64,000 nucleotides of DNA from an uncultured Candidatus Binatia bacterium (GCA_965214605.1 OZ243961.1:320001-384000), one strand, 5' to 3'; positions 17,261-27,030 are shown, numbered from the stretch's first letter. Program-made: numbers and translations. The notes: generated from the letters alone by a model not told the origin.

Positions 17261-18223
17261 TTAATGCAGGAGGTCTTTGTCCTCGTGCTCGTCCTGGCCG
17301 ACCGTCTGGACTTTCTTCTTTTGCAGGTAATCCTTTAACTCCGCCTCGGCTTTGCGCACATCTCCCTCATACTTCAGAATCGTGTTCAAGGTCTCATGGA
17401 CCACCCCGTCCTCAAGCTTGTGGACATTGAGCAGGGTCAGGGCCTTGGCCCAGTCGAGGGTCTCGCTGATGCTCGGGACCTTTTTGAGGTCGAGCTTGCG
17501 AATGTTGTGGATGATCTCCACCACCTCTTCCGCCAACTGCTCAGAGACCCCCGGGACCTTGAGCTTGACAATGGCGAGTTCCTGTTGGTGATCCGGAAAA
17601 TCAATGTAGAGATGCAGACAGCGCCGCTTGAGCGCGTCGGACATCTCCCGCGCGTTATTGCTCGTGAGCACGACGAGCGGAATCTGCTTGGCCTGGAGCG
17701 TGCCGAGCTCCGGCACACTGACCTGAAAGTCGCTCAACACCTCAAGGAGGAAGGCTTCGAACTCACTGTCGGATTTGTCGATCTCGTCAATCAGCAAGAC
17801 CAACTGCTCGGTGGCCGAGATGGCTTGCAAGAGCGGCCGCGGCAGAATGAATCGGTCGGAGAAAAAGACGGTGTCCTGGTCGGCAATCCGCTCAACCGCG
17901 TCTTTGAGGGTCAGCGTCCCCTGGAGGGTTTCACTGATCTTGTCCTTCAGAATCTGCGTATAGAGCAACTGCTTGGCGTACTCCCACTCGTAGAGCGCCT
18001 TGGCCTCATCGAGCCCTTCGTAGCACTGCAGACGGATCAACTGGCAGCGCAGGGATGACGCCACCACCTTGGCCAACTCGGTCTTGCCAACGCCAGCCGG
18101 CCCTTCGACCAGAATCGGTTTGCGCAAATGACTCGCTAAATAGACGATCGTGGCAATACGGCGATCACAGATATACTGCTCATCAGCAAATTTCCTGATT
18201 ACATCTTCAATAGATTCGAACAT
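17261..18223 (-). CDS. MoxR/CoxD-like AAA+ ATPase
   Basis: Walker A GPAGVGKT, LQCYEGLD, LIDEIDK, DALKRRC; likely ATG at 18223. Confidence 0.92.
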   Translation of the reverse strand: MFESIEDVIRKFADEQYICDRRIATIVYLASHLRKPILVEGPAGVGKTELAKVVASSLRCQLIRLQCYEGLDEAKALYEWEYAKQLLYTQILKDKISETLQGTLTLKDAVERIADQDTVFFSDRFILPRPLLQAISATEQLVLLIDEIDKSDSEFEAFLLEVLSDFQVSVPELGTLQAKQIPLVVLTSNNAREMSDALKRRCLHLYIDFPDHQQELAIVKLKVPGVSEQLAEEVVEIIHNIRKLDLKKVPSISETLDWAKALTLLNVHKLEDGVVHETLNTILKYEGDVRKAEAELKDYLQKKKVQTVGQDEHEDKDLLH

Positions 18224-18345
18224 CCTTCCTCCCAGGCGAGCAATTTGCGCTACCCTAGCATAGGGGTAGGCGAAAGACAACGCACGCGCCCTCCCGGTGG
18301 CGCGCTTGCGCGCGCCACGCGCCGTCTCTATAATCCGCCCCCACC

Positions 18346-19149
18346 ATGTGTACCCTCGCCCTGTATTTTCGCGTCTTTCCCGACTATCCGATTGTGGCGG
18401 CGGCCAACCGGGATGAATTGCTCACCCGCCCCTCAGATCCCCCGCTGCAGCTGGCGCTCACCCCCTGGGTCTGGGGCGGGCGCGATCGGGTCGCCGGCGG
18501 CACCTGGCTCGGGGTCAATGCCGCTGGCGTCATGGCCGGCATTCTCAACCGCCAGTCCCCCCTCCCCCCAGACCCGCGTCGCCGCTCACGCGGCCAACTC
18601 TGCCTCGACGCCCTCCGCTACCCATCGGCCGCCCAGGCCGCCCAGCACCTCGTGCGCTCCTCAGCGCAGGCCTATAATGCCTTTACCCTGGTGATCGCCG
18701 ATCCGCAGCAGGCCTATGTCCTCCACACCACGCCCACCACCCTCGCCCTGCATGCGCTCAAGCCGGGTCTCTCCCTGGTGACCAACCGCGAGGTGAACGA
18801 CCCCAGCTGTCCCCGCATCGCGCGTCTGCTCCCCGCCTTCCACCAGCTCAGCCGGCCTCCCGCCCCGCCTCCCTTGGCCACGCTGACTGCTCAACTGCGC
18901 CGTCTTATGGCCGACCACGGCGCCCGTCCTCCCGCACGAGCGGGCGCGCCCGACGAGCCCGACACCCGCAACAGCCTGTGTCTCCACCTCGACGGCTATG
19001 GCACGTGTTCGTCCACCCTCCTCGCCTATGAGACCGCCCTCCACTCCTACCACTATCTCTTTGCCCCGGGAGCTCCGTGCCAGCACCCTTACGAGCGGGT
19101 GTCTCTGCCATCCGGCCCACAGGCCAACCAGCCCCCGTCAAGCACATAG
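18346..19149 (+). CDS. NRDE (TANGO2) family protein
   Basis: MCTL start, ANRDE, GGTWLG, SRGQL. Confidence 0.9.
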   Translation: MCTLALYFRVFPDYPIVAAANRDELLTRPSDPPLQLALTPWVWGGRDRVAGGTWLGVNAAGVMAGILNRQSPLPPDPRRRSRGQLCLDALRYPSAAQAAQHLVRSSAQAYNAFTLVIADPQQAYVLHTTPTTLALHALKPGLSLVTNREVNDPSCPRIARLLPAFHQLSRPPAPPPLATLTAQLRRLMADHGARPPARAGAPDEPDTRNSLCLHLDGYGTCSSTLLAYETALHSYHYLFAPGAPCQHPYERVSLPSGPQANQPPSST

Positions 19150-19844
19150 GTCGCGCCCGAGATAAAATCCCCCCGCTCAATCAGAAAGCGCACCGTACGG
19201 GCCACATCGTGTGGGCTGCCCAGCCGCCCCAGCGGCGTGTTCCGGCGGAGGCGCGCGAGGTCGGCCCCCGTATACGTGGCGGGCGGTAAGACCGGGCCGG
19301 GCGCAATCGTATTGACCTGGACCTCGGGCGCTAAGGCTTTGGCTAAGGCCACACTCAGGGCGTGGAGGCCGCCCTTGGAGACACAGTAGGCCAAATAGCC
19401 CGGCGACGGCCGCAGCCCGCTCCAGTCGCCGAGCTGGAGGATTTTTCCCGCCCCCTGACGGCGCATGGCCCGGCCGAGCTTGAGGCCTAAAGAGAAGGCC
19501 GCGGTCAGATTTGTGTGCACAAAGGCCTGCCAATCCGCGGTGCTGAGCCGTGCCAGCGGAGTCGGGTAAAAAAGAGCGGCGTTATTCACCAGCACATCGA
19601 TCCGGCCGGCGAATGCCAGGGCCTGCTCGCCCAAGCGCTGGACGTCCGCCACCCGGCGCAAGTCGGCCTTGAGGATGCGCGTCCGGCGGTTATGCCGCCG
19701 GATGGCGGCCGCGAGTTCGTGTGCGGACGAGGTATGGACGTGTACGATGACGTCCGCCCCCCCCTCGGCCAGCGTCAAGGCAATAGTCCGGCCCACCCGT
19801 CGGCCGGCCCCCGTCACCAACGCAATACGTCCCTCAAGTTCCAT
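19089..19844 (-). CDS. SDR oxidoreductase, pteridine reductase/FolM-like
   Basis: TGAGRRVG (RR variant), LVNNAALF, YCVSK, LAPEVQVNTIAPG. Confidence 0.8.
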   Translation of the reverse strand: MELEGRIALVTGAGRRVGRTIALTLAEGGADVIVHVHTSSAHELAAAIRRHNRRTRILKADLRRVADVQRLGEQALAFAGRIDVLVNNAALFYPTPLARLSTADWQAFVHTNLTAAFSLGLKLGRAMRRQGAGKILQLGDWSGLRPSPGYLAYCVSKGGLHALSVALAKALAPEVQVNTIAPGPVLPPATYTGADLARLRRNTPLGRLGSPHDVARTVRFLIERGDFISGATYVLDGGWLACGPDGRDTRS

Positions 19845-19846
19845 CC

Positions 19847-21385
19847 CTAGTCCTGCCCCTCACTCTGGTCTGGGATCTCAATCACAAAGACCGCCCCCCC
19901 CCCGGCAGCGTTGTCGGCGCGCAGCGTGCCCTGGTGCAGTTCGATAATCTTTTGAGCAAAGGACAGGCCCAACCCAAACCCGCTCTCTTTCGTTGAAAAA
20001 AAAGGGGAGAAGAGGTGTTCTCGGTCGGCCTCGGCAATCCCCTCTCCCTGGTCACGGACAGCAACCTGGACCCGATCCTCGCGGTGGCGTAAGCTCACCG
20101 CCACCCGCCCGCCGGCCGGCGAGGCGTCGATCGCGTTGGTGAGGAGGTTCATGAGCGCTTGTTTGAATTTAATGCGGTCCACCGAAACCCGGACATGCTG
20201 CTCCTCACCGGTGTACACGAGCGCGACCTCCCGGACGGTCGCCACCGACCGCAGCTCGTGTATCACTTCACGCAGCAGGTCGGCAAGGCGATGGGGCTCC
20301 CGGTGAACGGCCACGTCGCGCGAAAAAATCAGCAGGTCGGACAGGGTGGTATTCAGATCGCGGATAGCCTCGTCGAGTTGCTTGGCCTGCTCGTCGCCCT
20401 CCTCGAGCCGTTCTGGGGGGGGCAGGCTGTGATCGTGCAGACAGTCTTGGAGCAGGTCACACTGCAGCCCAAGTAAGCCCACTTTTTGGAGGAGTTGGTG
20501 CGACAGCGTTGAAGAAATCTGGCCAATTGCCACCATCCGCTCATTGCGTAAGCGCTCCCGAGTCATCTCCTGGAGTTGGAGATTTTGCCGCGCGATCTCG
20601 GTCCGGCGGAGGGTCACGGTACGCATGAAGATATGGGCGGCCCCAACCGGCAGACAGGCCAGGTACAGGCCGGGGATCCCAGCCGTATTCAAGCCCAGGG
20701 TCATGATGGCCACATAAGGGGAGATGAGAAACACGCCGGTTGCCAACAGCGAGGACAGACTTGAGGCAAAATCCAGCTCCGGAGTGTACCGCACGCCGTA
20801 GCGCAAACGGTGCTGCCAGCCGTACCCCAGCGCAAACACCATCCACCCGCTCAGCTCACTGAAGACAAAGAGCACCAGGGGACCAAATTCGCCGATCTGG
20901 AGCGGAATGCGTCCCCCCCCGGAACGGTACACCGTGTAGCGGGCAAACACCGCGATCAGCACCAACGAGACGAACTCAAGCGTACGCCAGCCCGGGTGGG
21001 GATCGGTGCGGATCGCAATCGGCACCGTGTTCGCGCCTCGCCCTTGCAGCACGAGGCTCAGCGGCACGATCCCCCCGACACTCACGACAATGACCGGCAG
21101 GGCGAACAGACCCACACTATAGACCAGGGTTGCGGCCGAGGCCAGCAACAGCAGCGACAGAAAAAAATCTTCACCAATCTCAATGCATAAGACCGCGCCC
21201 AGACCTAGGAGGGGCAGAAAGGCCCCGTACAGACCGATGTAGCCCAGATTGAACGCGCACACGCCGACCACGGCAAGGAGACCGCCCACCCCGCCTGCCA
21301 GGCGCGTCCGCAGGACAAACCGACCAGTCTGCTCAGACCGGGCGACCGTCCCTAATCCCTGCCGGTCAGAAACCAATCGAGCCAT
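19847..21385 (-). CDS. Membrane sensor histidine kinase
   Basis: Multi-TM N-terminus; H-box LSHQL; NLLTNAIDA, DQGEG, FSPFFSTK, GFGLG. Confidence 0.9.
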   Translation of the reverse strand: MARLVSDRQGLGTVARSEQTGRFVLRTRLAGGVGGLLAVVGVCAFNLGYIGLYGAFLPLLGLGAVLCIEIGEDFFLSLLLLASAATLVYSVGLFALPVIVVSVGGIVPLSLVLQGRGANTVPIAIRTDPHPGWRTLEFVSLVLIAVFARYTVYRSGGGRIPLQIGEFGPLVLFVFSELSGWMVFALGYGWQHRLRYGVRYTPELDFASSLSSLLATGVFLISPYVAIMTLGLNTAGIPGLYLACLPVGAAHIFMRTVTLRRTEIARQNLQLQEMTRERLRNERMVAIGQISSTLSHQLLQKVGLLGLQCDLLQDCLHDHSLPPPERLEEGDEQAKQLDEAIRDLNTTLSDLLIFSRDVAVHREPHRLADLLREVIHELRSVATVREVALVYTGEEQHVRVSVDRIKFKQALMNLLTNAIDASPAGGRVAVSLRHREDRVQVAVRDQGEGIAEADREHLFSPFFSTKESGFGLGLSFAQKIIELHQGTLRADNAAGGGAVFVIEIPDQSEGQD

Positions 21386-22812
21386 GGAACACGCTCAAAG
21401 AGCAAAAAGTCATAGTGTGGATTTGTTGGCTGGAAATCGACATCGCTGAGGGAAACGTTGAGACGCAGCTGACGAAAGGCATGCCCCTCGGCCAGACGAT
21501 CGTTCCAGTCAAACAGCTCAAGCTTGATCGGCAGGCGACGCGCAATATCCCAATACATGACCACGCGGTAATGGGGATAGAGTCGCCACTGACTGTTGGG
21601 AAAGACAAACTCAAACACATAGCACAGCCGTTCGTCATCAGACATGACGCCTAAGAAGCGCTCCTCCAACTCGCCCTGCAGCCAGCCGTTCAACAGCTGC
21701 TGCTGAGTCCGTTCGACGAGCTGGTTGAGACCGAAGCTGGTAATGGGATACGGATGGCCGCGCTGGGCGAGGTAGCCCTCAGGGTCGATATCGCCAATAA
21801 CCGGCAGGCCGGCAAGCGTCGTCCGCACCCGCACCCGCCCGGCATTCCAGCCGCGGCGGTAGAGGGCGGCGGTCGTGCTGTTGACCTGCAGATACACCTC
21901 GAACGGGCGACGAAACTTAAAGGGCAGGTGGCCCAGGACGATGAGCGTCCCGAGCTCGTCCCGCGTCATGGTCCACACCCCGGTGTAGTCCCTGATTTCG
22001 GCATAGCGCTGGCTCCAGTGCTGCATGAAGCCGCGTATATCAATCGTGGTTTTGGCCTGGGGGAGAGAGGCCGCCTCGTCCATCGCCTGCTGGCGGCTCC
22101 GAGCAAACGCGTCCACGGTGAGGCCACTATTGACCTCCAAGGCAGTATAGACCAAGCGCTGACGGATTTCACCGTGCGGATCGCGCAGTGTGAGACCCAG
22201 CGGTATGCCCGTCCCGCGTTCGATAATGAATTCATAGACCGCAACCGTATTATCCCGGAAAGGAATCAAGAAGGCCGGGACGGCCAGGAGCACCTGCCCG
22301 TCTGCCAGCTGAGGAGCATTGGCCCGGACCTCAACCAACTGAAGACTCCGGTCCGAGGCCGACCGGCGCGATAAGGCGAGCAGTGCGCTGAGCCATTCAT
22401 GGACGTCCTTGAGGCTCGAGACAAAGGGGTCGCTCATCTCAATAAGGGGGGCACTGACTTTGACATAGTTGAACCACTGGCCCAATGTCAGCAGAAAATT
22501 TCCGTTATTCCAGCCTGGCCGGGCTTGCAGTGTCGTGCCGGCATACAGCCCGGTCCGCCAGCGCAGCATGAGAAAGCCGGGTTTGCGGAAAAGGACCCCG
22601 ATCTCTTGTTGGCGTGGCTCCTGTCCGGGCGTCCAGATTTCGTGCCGCAGCGTGCCACGATAATCGGTCATCCGGAAATAGGCGGCCCGACACTCGCTCA
22701 GGATGTCTTGGACCTGAGAGGGCACAGGGGCGGCAAACACCGCAGACTGGCCCTCTCCGGCACACAGCCAACACACCACCACAAAGAACAGGCACTTACT
22801 CCACCACTTCAT
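21352..22812 (-). CDS. Secreted protein with two DUF1571/LolA-like domains
   Basis: Signal peptide; internal repeat (DYRG..FRKP..GWNNG..VNSGL / DYTG..FRRP..GWNAG..LNVSLSDVDF). Confidence 0.7.
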   Translation of the reverse strand: MKWWSKCLFFVVVCWLCAGEGQSAVFAAPVPSQVQDILSECRAAYFRMTDYRGTLRHEIWTPGQEPRQQEIGVLFRKPGFLMLRWRTGLYAGTTLQARPGWNNGNFLLTLGQWFNYVKVSAPLIEMSDPFVSSLKDVHEWLSALLALSRRSASDRSLQLVEVRANAPQLADGQVLLAVPAFLIPFRDNTVAVYEFIIERGTGIPLGLTLRDPHGEIRQRLVYTALEVNSGLTVDAFARSRQQAMDEAASLPQAKTTIDIRGFMQHWSQRYAEIRDYTGVWTMTRDELGTLIVLGHLPFKFRRPFEVYLQVNSTTAALYRRGWNAGRVRVRTTLAGLPVIGDIDPEGYLAQRGHPYPITSFGLNQLVERTQQQLLNGWLQGELEERFLGVMSDDERLCYVFEFVFPNSQWRLYPHYRVVMYWDIARRLPIKLELFDWNDRLAEGHAFRQLRLNVSLSDVDFQPTNPHYDFLLFERVPWLDWFLTGRD

Positions 22813-23462
22813 AGCTCTCCTAATCCGGCCTTGAGGGCCACGATCGCGGCTTTTGTGCGGTCATTGACCTGGAGTTTACGGAAAATACGGGCGAGGTGCA
22901 TCTTGACGGTCAGTTCGCTGATGAAAAGCCGGCCGCTTATCTCACGGTTATTCGCTCCGGTAGCGACTAGGCGCAGGACTTCGTCTTCGCGCGGGGTGAG
23001 TGTCCGGACGAGCCGGCGCACTTCTTCAGCCTCCTGGTCACGGTGGAATTCACGCAGGAATTTCGCGGCCAGATCCGGCTTGAGCACGACCTCCCCGGCC
23101 GCCACCCGGCGTAAGGTGTCGCGAATTTCTTTGGCCCGGGTATTTTTGAGCAAATAGCCCACGGCACCGATTTTGAGCGCCCGGAAAATGAGGTCTGGAT
23201 TGTCGTAACCGGTCAGAATCACGACCTTCGTATCGGGAGCCCGGCGACGGACTAGAGCCGTTGCGTCGAGGCCGTTCATCTCCGGCATTTCAATATCCAT
23301 GAGCACAATGCTTGGCTGATACTGTGTGAGCAGAGCGCTCAGCTGGGCAGCATTTTCAGCCGTCCCGACCACTTCAAAATCGGGCTGCTTTTTAAAGATT
23401 TGCCGCACCCCTGACAAAAACAATGGATGGTCATCGACAATGGCAACCGTGATTTTTTCCAT
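22809..23462 (-). CDS. NarL/LuxR-family response regulator
   Basis: VDDH, MDIEMP, GYLLK; LTPREDEVL...GANNREI...TVKMH. Confidence 0.95.
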   Translation of the reverse strand: MEKITVAIVDDHPLFLSGVRQIFKKQPDFEVVGTAENAAQLSALLTQYQPSIVLMDIEMPEMNGLDATALVRRRAPDTKVVILTGYDNPDLIFRALKIGAVGYLLKNTRAKEIRDTLRRVAAGEVVLKPDLAAKFLREFHRDQEAEEVRRLVRTLTPREDEVLRLVATGANNREISGRLFISELTVKMHLARIFRKLQVNDRTKAAIVALKAGLGEL

Positions 23463-23524
23463 AGCTCTGCCTCTTCAAAGAGTCTAAGGGCTTGCCAAAA
23501 AGGGGTCAAGAAGAAGAGGAATCC

Positions 23525-23860
23525 CCTGAATTACTTCTTTCAAGCTTGAGGAATAATCTCCCCGCTGATCGCCAAATACATACTGTGAAGAAATAATTAC
23601 AGTAATTGTATCCTTAGTAAATAAAAAGAAGGAATTATTTTAATAATAAGTATTAAATTACTGATTACTTTATTACTTATTAGAAAGTAATTATAAGAAA
23701 ATAGTAATTAAACAAAAAATAAAAGTAAAATTTTTATCAATAATTTTAATATCTTAAGTTTGAAGTAAATTTATATGGTATATAAAGATACTATAGAGTA
23801 ATAACAGCTTGATTTTTAGAGATGAAGTAATAAATAATGGCCTTTTCCACAACAAGATAG
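23525..23860. promoter_or_regulatory. Extremely AT-rich divergent promoter region with repeated AGTAA/TTACT motifs
   Basis: Sharp GC drop; about 12 AGTAA(T/A) or TTACT copies between divergent genes. Confidence 0.55.
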
Positions 23861-23869
23861 GAAACAAGT

Positions 23870-24625
23870 ATGGAAATACCCCCCGTCGCACGACGGCAAG
23901 GAGTCCGTCAAAAAAGCCCGAACGCTCCGGCTTACAGCATCCAGGAATGCTTGGAGGATGTCCGCAAGATCTTTCGAGCAGAACATCAAGTCCCTATTAG
24001 CCGAGAGTCCATAGCCGAACACCTGAGTCTGGCGGCACAATCGGGACCTTTTAACCGGAAATTGAGCAGCTTGCGCCAATTTGGCTTGCTTGAGTCAATC
24101 GGCAAGGATCTACGGGTGAGCGATCTGTTTTTGCACATTGAGCATGCCGCAGATGAAAACGATCGCCATCAAGCTCTTCGAGAAGCCATCGGCAGACCGA
24201 CCATTTTCCAGGGCTTGCTCGGCCAATACGAAAACAGCGGCATGCCTTCGGATATTAACCTCACGAATCAACTCATCATCAAATACCGTTTCACCAAAAA
24301 AAACGCCGAAACCGTCTCCAAAGCGTTTTTAGAATCCTATCGGTTTGCGGGCCTCGGACCACAAACGCGTCTGCTGTCTTCCCCCCCCCTGCCCTTCCCC
24401 CCCCCTCCAGCACGACCGCCACGACACGAGCCGCCCCCCGCATCAGTTCAGCCCGTCTCCCCTATCGAAGCCCCTATTCCGAATGAGCCACGGCGCCTGT
24501 CTCAGTGCCGCCAAGAAATCCCGCTTGGCACAGCCCGACGCGCCGTGCTTGAGCTGCCCGACGACGTAACGCCGGAGGAAATCGCCAAAGTCATACGCGT
24601 GCTCAAAGCTCTGGCCGATCCCTGA
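23870..24625 (+). CDS. Hypothetical protein, probable winged-helix DNA-binding (DUF5343-like)
   Basis: SPNAPAYSIQECL...LSSLRQFGLLE pattern, Pro-rich linker, small C-terminal domain. Confidence 0.65.
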   Translation: MEIPPVARRQGVRQKSPNAPAYSIQECLEDVRKIFRAEHQVPISRESIAEHLSLAAQSGPFNRKLSSLRQFGLLESIGKDLRVSDLFLHIEHAADENDRHQALREAIGRPTIFQGLLGQYENSGMPSDINLTNQLIIKYRFTKKNAETVSKAFLESYRFAGLGPQTRLLSSPPLPFPPPPARPPRHEPPPASVQPVSPIEAPIPNEPRRLSQCRQEIPLGTARRAVLELPDDVTPEEIAKVIRVLKALADP

Positions 24626-25204
24626 GCACGCCTCATGAGGCGTGCGGCTGTGTGGGCGGACATGGGCGTGGAGCACAAGTAAGGGGGAGGTTTTCCGTTG
24701 GCTCAGTCCGCCCATACTCAAGTCAGCAGGACGAACGCCTGCTGAGTGACCGGGCCCTACTCGATTCTGATCAGGCCCTAATCCTCAACGATTTTCCGCT
24801 GTTGGCCACACGGTGACCCGTTCGCAATATCCGGCTGGCAGGGACGGTTCAACTGAGCCCGCTTTATGACCAACCTTGAGAGGCGTATCCGTAATTGAGG
24901 GTGGGGTCGTTGGGCGCCAGCCTATCCGCTTCTTTACCCTGCGAAAATCGCTCTGAGTGCCTGCGAATCATCCCCCCCTCACCCCAGCGCGCCGTACATC
25001 GTTAGATGACAAGGATGATGAGCGATGCTCGCCAATAAAAATATCACGAAGATCTGTATTCAGCAATCATTCGTCCGCTCCGCAAAATTATGTCAAGTTT
25101 GAGCTCTTCCGTCTCTTTTACTACAGACCAAACTGGCGGCCTATTGACCGCTCATCTGGATTTCTGCATTGTGAGGCCAGCTCGGATTCACGACTGAGGG
25201 ACAT

Positions 25205-26047
25205 ATGCACTATTTAACCCGCCTGGTCGCATTTGAAGCATCGCACCGGTACTGGAATCCGGAATTGACACCGGAGCAGAACTCCCAGACCTTTGGGAAA
25301 TGTGTCAGCCCTCATGGGCACGGCCACAACTATATCCTGAGCGTCACCCTCGCCGGTCAGGTGGCCGCCCACACCGGTCTCGTCATCAATATTACTGAGC
25401 TCGACCGCATTCTGAAACAGGTCAGCGCCGAGTTCGATCACCAATTCATCAATCTTGACCACCCGGCCTTCTACGACCGTATCCCAACGACCGAAAATCT
25501 CGCGTCGTATATGCGCGACCGTATTGAAGATACGCTGCGTACCCAACACAATGCAGATTATCGCCTCGCCCTAGTCCGGCTGTATGAAGAACCGAGTCTG
25601 TGGGCTGATGTGACGGGTGGAGAGGGAAAACATATGGCCTCCTTAACTAAAACCTTTGGCTTTAGTGCAGCGCACCGCTTACACAGCAGCGCGCTCTCCG
25701 AGGAAGAGAACCGGGCCGTTTTTGGCAAATGCAATAATCCGCACGGGCACGGGCACAACTACGAGCTCGAAGTGACGGTCAGCGGCCCTATCGCCCTTCA
25801 AACCGGCATGATCATAGATCTGGAAGAGCTGATGCAAATTGTCCAAGAAGAAGTGCTCGACCGCTTTGACCATAAACATCTGAATAAGGATACCCTGGAA
25901 TTTCAGACCCTCAATCCAACCGGGGAAAACATTATCCGGGTGATCTGGGACCTCCTCAAACCACGGCTTGGCGAGCGGCTCACCAAAGTCGGGGTGTGGG
26001 AAACCCCCAAAAACTTTTTTGAGTACCACGGCGAAGAAGATCGTTAG
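25205..26047 (+). CDS. Tandem two-domain 6-pyruvoyl/6-carboxytetrahydropterin synthase (QueD/PTPS family)
   Basis: Two copies of H..FGKCxxPHGHGHNY...DH...PTxEN. Confidence 0.92.
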   Translation: MHYLTRLVAFEASHRYWNPELTPEQNSQTFGKCVSPHGHGHNYILSVTLAGQVAAHTGLVINITELDRILKQVSAEFDHQFINLDHPAFYDRIPTTENLASYMRDRIEDTLRTQHNADYRLALVRLYEEPSLWADVTGGEGKHMASLTKTFGFSAAHRLHSSALSEEENRAVFGKCNNPHGHGHNYELEVTVSGPIALQTGMIIDLEELMQIVQEEVLDRFDHKHLNKDTLEFQTLNPTGENIIRVIWDLLKPRLGERLTKVGVWETPKNFFEYHGEEDR

Positions 26048-26089
26048 GGCCTCTGTCTTCCTGACCAGTTCTCTTCGGTGGAGAAGCGT

Positions 26090-26815
26090 ATGGCCAAACA
26101 AAATCTGAACGGTCGGGTTGCTATTGTCACCGGCGCGGGATCGGGCCTTGGTCAAGCCATCGCCGTGGCCCTCGGCATGGCGGGCGTCCGGGTCGCCTTA
26201 GCGGCGCGTACCAAGCCGGCGCTCAACGCCGTGGCCAACGATATTCGCGCAGCCGGCGGCACGGCCCTTGTCATTCCTACTGATGTCGGCGATGAAGCCC
26301 AAATTCAACACCTCACCAGCCACACCCATCAGGAGTGGGGGCGTATAGATATTCTTGTCACCAGTGCCGGTGGAGCCAGTTTTGGGCCGCTCGTCGAATC
26401 CAGTACCGAAGACTGGGACAGCATGATGCATATTAACCTGCGGGCGACCTATCTCTGTGCCAAGCATACGCTGAAGGTCATGCTAGCCCAGCAGAGCGGT
26501 CACATTTTGAATATCTTGTCCTTAGCCAGCCAGACCGCCCTTCCCGGTTCAGCAGCCTATACCGCCTCCAAGTTTGGTGCGTTAGGGCTGACCAAAGTCA
26601 TGGCGGCCGAGGTGCGGAGTCAGGGTATCAAAGTCACCGCCGTCATCCCCGGTGCGGTCAATACGCCCTTGTGGGATAAGAGCGGGGCTGACTTAGACCG
26701 TACCAAAATGCTCACTCCGAGCGACGTTGCCGACGCCGTGCTCGACGTGATTGCCCAGCCCCCAGGCCTCTATACCGATGAAATTTCTCTGATGCCCCCT
26801 TTAGGCATCTTGTGA
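26090..26815 (+). CDS. SDR oxidoreductase (possible sepiapterin reductase-like)
   Basis: TGAGSGLG, YTASK, PGAVNTPLWD; downstream of PTPS. The specific function is inferred from context. Confidence 0.85.
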   Translation: MAKQNLNGRVAIVTGAGSGLGQAIAVALGMAGVRVALAARTKPALNAVANDIRAAGGTALVIPTDVGDEAQIQHLTSHTHQEWGRIDILVTSAGGASFGPLVESSTEDWDSMMHINLRATYLCAKHTLKVMLAQQSGHILNILSLASQTALPGSAAYTASKFGALGLTKVMAAEVRSQGIKVTAVIPGAVNTPLWDKSGADLDRTKMLTPSDVADAVLDVIAQPPGLYTDEISLMPPLGIL

Positions 26816-26818
26816 GGA

Positions 26819-26907
26819 CGGAGGGAGTGGGATTTGAACCCACGAGAGCCTGTTAAGGCTCTGCCGGTTTTCAAGACCGGTGCATTCAACCGCTCTGCCA
26901 TCCCTCC
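26819..26907 (-). tRNA. tRNA-Ser (anticodon TGA)
   Basis: GGAGGGATGGCAGAGCGGTTGAATGCACCGGTCTTGAAAACCGG...long variable arm...GGGTTCAAATCCCACTCCCTCCG; no encoded CCA. Confidence 0.95.
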
Positions 26908-26982
26908 CATACTGCGACGGCATTAACACGCTCTAGTGCCGTCGTCTAGAGCTCTCGTACTCAGCTCTGTTGACTAAAACCG

Positions 26983-27026
26983 GTTCCTAGAGGCTCCGGC
27001 CGGTACCGGCCGGAGCCTCTAGGAAC
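26983..27026. repeat. Perfect loopless 44-bp palindrome
   Basis: GTTCCTAGAGGCTCCGGCCGGT|ACCGGCCGGAGCCTCTAGGAAC. Confidence 0.92.
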
Positions 27027-27030
27027 TCAT

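Noticed and set aside
15782-18223. CO dehydrogenase cluster
   Set aside because: CoxD/CoxE-like chaperone pair only; no coxMSL or other molybdoenzyme genes adjacent.
23525-23860. oriC or a DNA-unwinding element
   Set aside because: Only one DnaA-box-like 9-mer (TTTTCCACA at 23843), no dnaA/dnaN or rep gene, and a dif-like site lies 9 kb away.
26819-26907. tRNA-Sec, given the selenoprotein and the 'TGA' anticodon
   Set aside because: Anticodon TGA reads UCA (Ser); tRNA-Sec needs TCA and an extended acceptor stem.
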